Source of the DNA: Eledone cirrhosa
Lineage: Eukaryota
Length of the DNA stretch: 64,000 nt
Direction of reading: 5' to 3'
Assembly (NCBI GenBank): GCA_964016885.1
Contig: OZ024745.1
Location: 99,324,001-99,388,000 of the forward strand
Positions within the stretch are counted from its first letter, which is position 1. Every line of letters begins with the position of its first letter. A program made the translations under genes and the position numbers. Positions 60,471 through 64,000 of this stretch are shown here, piece by piece. The notes beneath the pieces were generated by a model. It saw only the letters and a program-made list of their open reading frames with translations, made no database searches and had not been told where the DNA came from.

Positions 60471-62368
60471 AAATAATAATAATTTCTTTATTAGCCAGAT
60501 AGGGCTCACATTAAGGAAACATTAAAGACGGTACAGGACTATACAGTGTTTTTTTTTTTTTTTTGTAAAATAAAATTTATAATAGAGACGAAGAAAATAA
60601 TCAACAACAATAACAATAAAGACAGAAAATAAAGAAATAGAAGAAAAACAAAATTATATATATACACATATACACATATATATTTGAATATATTTCAGAA
60701 AGAGCCGGTAAGTACAGTCCATTTTATATTTCCATTTATCCAATAATGTTTTCAGAGTTTTGATGCGTTGGCAGAGGTATTAGAGTGTCGATCAAATGCT
60801 TAGCAGTATTTGTTCCGGCTCTTTATGTTTTGAGTTCACTACCGTCAACGTCTAGGACCACCAGTCGACCCTCCGGGTCCAGGTGTACCGTCTGTGTTAC
60901 GAGGTCTAGGTGTTTCCGCAGCAAAACGGCAACCCCACCCCCACCTCCCGGCTGACAGAGAGATGCGTAGATCTCAAAGTCGTCGAAGATGGGAGCCAGT
61001 TGTCGCTCGCTGTGGATCCTGGACTCGCAAAGGGCTACTACATCATTGCTGTGCGACCTGAGGTCGTTTAAGAGTTTGCCCTGTTTCCAGGGCATCCCCA
61101 GGCCGCGTATATTCACACATCCAACTCTTATATTGGCCATGTTGGTGCTGAAAAGTTAAAAGAAGAGGAAAAGAAATCACTCACCTCTTCGTCTCCTGGG
61201 GAACAGGCTGTACAATTTCCATGGGGGTGTTGGAGGGTATGTTTGGTGGGAGGTGGTTTCTGGCGGGGTGGGGACGGAGGTGTTTGGTGGGGAGGGGGTG
61301 TCTGGTGGGATGGGGACGACTTGGTGGGGTGCCTGTGGTGGGGAGGCCTTTGAAGAGGATGCGGTTGATTGGTTTCACGCAGGAATTCCCCACGTCCTCT
61401 ACAAATGTTTCTTTTAGGGATCTATAAGTTCCTATAGGGATCCTGGTCAGTTTTAGGTTCATTTATTGTTTGTTTTTGTTGGAGTTATCCAAAGTTTTCC
61501 CTTCGGTTTTGACCAAAGGGTTGTTTCTGATTGTCTCAATCAGTGTTCTATTTTCTTCGTTTATGTAAGTGTATGTGTACTTTTCCTGTGTTGTGTTTGT
61601 TTTTGTCTGTGGTTCCTGCGTGTGTTTTCTCTTTGTTGTGGGTGTTTTGTTTTCGGGAGGGGGAACTTTTGTTTGTGATTTTTGTGCTGTTTGTGCTGGT
61701 GTTTGTGTGTTTGTTTCGTTTTTGTTCATGCGGTGCTTTCTTTTTTTTCTTTTCACGGGTTGGAAGGGTTCCTCCTCATCGCCGCTGGGTGCCGTCGATA
61801 GGGGATCCTCATCCGTGTTGATGGGTAGGGGTATTATTTGGGGTTCTGTAGTGTCTGTGTGTGTTTTTGTATTTGTTTTGGGTGGGAGGGGTTGGGTGGG
61901 ATAGTGTTCTCTGTTGTTTTTTCTTGATGTCGTGGTGATGGTGGTTGTGTTGTTATTTGTGGTGTTGGTAAAAGTGGTTTTCTTTTTGTCAATTGAGGAC
62001 AGTCAGTCCTTGGGTGATCTCTGCTTGCGCAGTGGTAACATGCGGGCCGCCTACCCTCAACCGAAATGTTTATGTAGGTCTGTCCATCCAGAGGTACTCT
62101 TCGTGGGATTTTCATTATACGTTCTGGGCTCATCTGCACCAGAATTCCGACGCTAGTCCCACTAAATATATCTCTGGAGGATTTTTCTACTGAGATCAAA
62201 ATGTCTTGTTCAAAGTCAATTAGGCCATAAAGTATCCACCAAATATCTACTTTGGGTCTTATGCATGTCATTTTTATTTTTTGCGTTTTTTTCCCATGTA
62301 TGTAGGGAAAAATGTAAAATGGGTGGACACAATGGGCGCGATGGAATATTTTTGTGCTGTTATGTTGT

Positions 62369-62370
<2 letters not shown>
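60471..62370 (-). mobile_element. Tx1/L1-clade LINE with ORF1 (CCHC knuckle), start of ORF2 and probable 3' tail; most of ORF2 deleted
   Basis: RPACYHCASRDHPRTDC (61834-62271); MANIRVGCVNIRGL...LDPEGRLVVLDV (60823-61140) homologous to 731-1040; tail ggctaataaagaaattattatt at ~60471-60495. Confidence 0.82.
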
Positions 62371-62414
<44 letters not shown>

Positions 62415-62461
62415 TAGATAGATAGATATATAGTTATGTGTGTGTGTTTGTAAGTATATAT

Positions 62462-62686
62462 CAGGGGTGGTGGAAGTGGGGATGGACAGAAGTGCCATGA
62501 CCCCCACCTCAATAATTATATTTTTCTCCCCAAACTGCCAAAACACACATCTATTTTTATATGAACTACAATTTATGTACATGTTATATTTATTGCATAT
62601 CGAAGTTATTTTATATGTTGGTTGATATTTGATAATAACAGCTAAACTAATCACAACTAAATTCATAAATGATTCCACCGCCCCTG
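62462..62686. mobile_element. MITE with short TIRs
   Basis: caggggtggtggaa / ttccaccgcccctg. Confidence 0.6.
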
Positions 62687-62758
62687 ATTATATATATATA
62701 TAAAACTTTGATAAGCCATGTCTAACTTATTAGTACCACCTCGCGAATTACATCTCAT

Positions 62759-62794
<36 letters not shown>

Positions 62795-62795
<1 letters not shown>

Positions 62796-63011
62796 GACGA
62801 TCGACTTTCGTCAAATCGGACCGAGGGAACAATGTTTCCGTTGGTCTTTCCAATTGCTAATACTATCTATCGGTCGCAACTCCAGGTAGAAGGAGCAACG
62901 TGAAATAAAGTGTCTTGCTCAAGGACATAACGCATCGCCTGGTCCAGGAATCGAACTCACAACCTTACGATTGCGAATCCAATTCTCTAACCACTCCGCC
63001 ACACGCCTTCA

Positions 63012-63012
<1 letters not shown>
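62795..63012 (-). mobile_element. SINE family 2
   Basis: Close match to 26925-27152. Confidence 0.82.
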
Positions 63013-63069
<57 letters not shown>

Positions 63070-63072
<3 letters not shown>

Positions 63073-63345
63073 GACAGGAAGGTATACGTTGCTGACGATA
63101 GCTAATAAGCTTGAAACTAGTACAGCGTTCCTTGGTCAGTGTTGAACAAACGAGCAACGATGGTTGCTGGACACTACGGCTTAATACGGGATGTTTGTTT
63201 ACAAACACACCGAGCATTATAATAAATGTTCGGTGAATCCATACGTACATATATATATGTGTACATGTATGTATATATATATACATACTACTGTACGTCT
63301 GTATACATATATGTATGTACGTGTACATACTTATATTTATACATA
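63070..63345 (+). mobile_element. Partial retrozyme-like unit with hammerhead 63086-63128
   Basis: acgttg-CTGACGA-tagct aata agctt-GAAA-ctag-TA-cagcgt. Confidence 0.8.
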
Positions 63346-63558
63346 TCAAGCGTTAACCTAATATATCCCTTCCATATACTGTACCGATTGTGTTGTTATT
63401 TCTGTTTATCTTTTGCATATATATATATAGTAATAATTGTTTCTACTTTTGGCACAAGGCCAGCAATTTCCCAGTACATTACTGGTACTTTATTTTATCG
63501 ACCCCGTATGGATGAAAGGCAAAGTTAACCTTTAACAAAGTAATAATTATCTGTTATT

Positions 63559-63610
<52 letters not shown>

Positions 63611-63655
63611 GGCTTCTACAGGACTAGAACTGTTTCATTCGGGAGAAATCATCAG

Positions 63656-63709
63656 GGCTTCCTGATGATTTCTTCTCCCGAATGAAACAGTTCTAGTCCT
63701 GTAGAAGCC
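63656..63709 (+). ncRNA. Type I hammerhead ribozyme; inverted partial twin at 63608-63656
   Basis: ggcttc-CTGATGA-tttc ttctccc gaat-GAAAC-ag ttctagtc ct-GTA-gaagcc. Confidence 0.8.
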
Positions 63710-63789
63710 ATTTCTATATTAGATATTTATACTCTGCTACGTATTGAGTACCTTACTTACTGTGGTTACCCCAGATTGAACCCGGGATA

Positions 63790-63874
<85 letters not shown>

Positions 63875-64000
63875 TTTCCTATATATATATATATATAGGA
63901 AAATGTTTAACCCCGACGGCAGAGCTCCTTCGTTATATATATATATGTATATACATACATATAGAAGGAGTCGATGTAGATTTTCATGAAAATATGTGTG

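Overview
This window is eukaryotic, AT-rich, repeat-saturated non-genic DNA. The SINE families and (TA)n load resemble octopus or other coleoid cephalopod genomes, which is an inference. No host protein-coding gene can be supported, and the many Y/I, V/C and H/T/S/L ORFs in the track are microsatellite artefacts. Recognisable elements are two Tx1/L1-clade LINEs, two CR1-like LINE fragments, a degraded CRE-clade retrotransposon plus several 3' ends, RTE-derived short elements, many Penelope-like element (PLE) pieces from several families, two or three SINE families, a mariner fragment and several MITEs. The main signal the ORF track does not show is a very high density of type I hammerhead ribozyme motifs (CTGANGA...GAAA...UH with paired stems) from roughly ten unrelated sequence families. 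The best case is a non-coding 466-bp unit in a head-to-tail array (15105-16263) with an inverted copy and three dispersed relatives. Each complete unit carries a minimal hammerhead with a palindromic stem III and a compensatory stem I change between copies, and an upstream octamer motif. This is a candidate retrozyme or ribozyme-satellite able to release and circularise 466-nt RNAs. Most fold-back inverted repeats in the window are explained as PLE 5' inversions. All coordinates were read by eye and may be off by a few bases.
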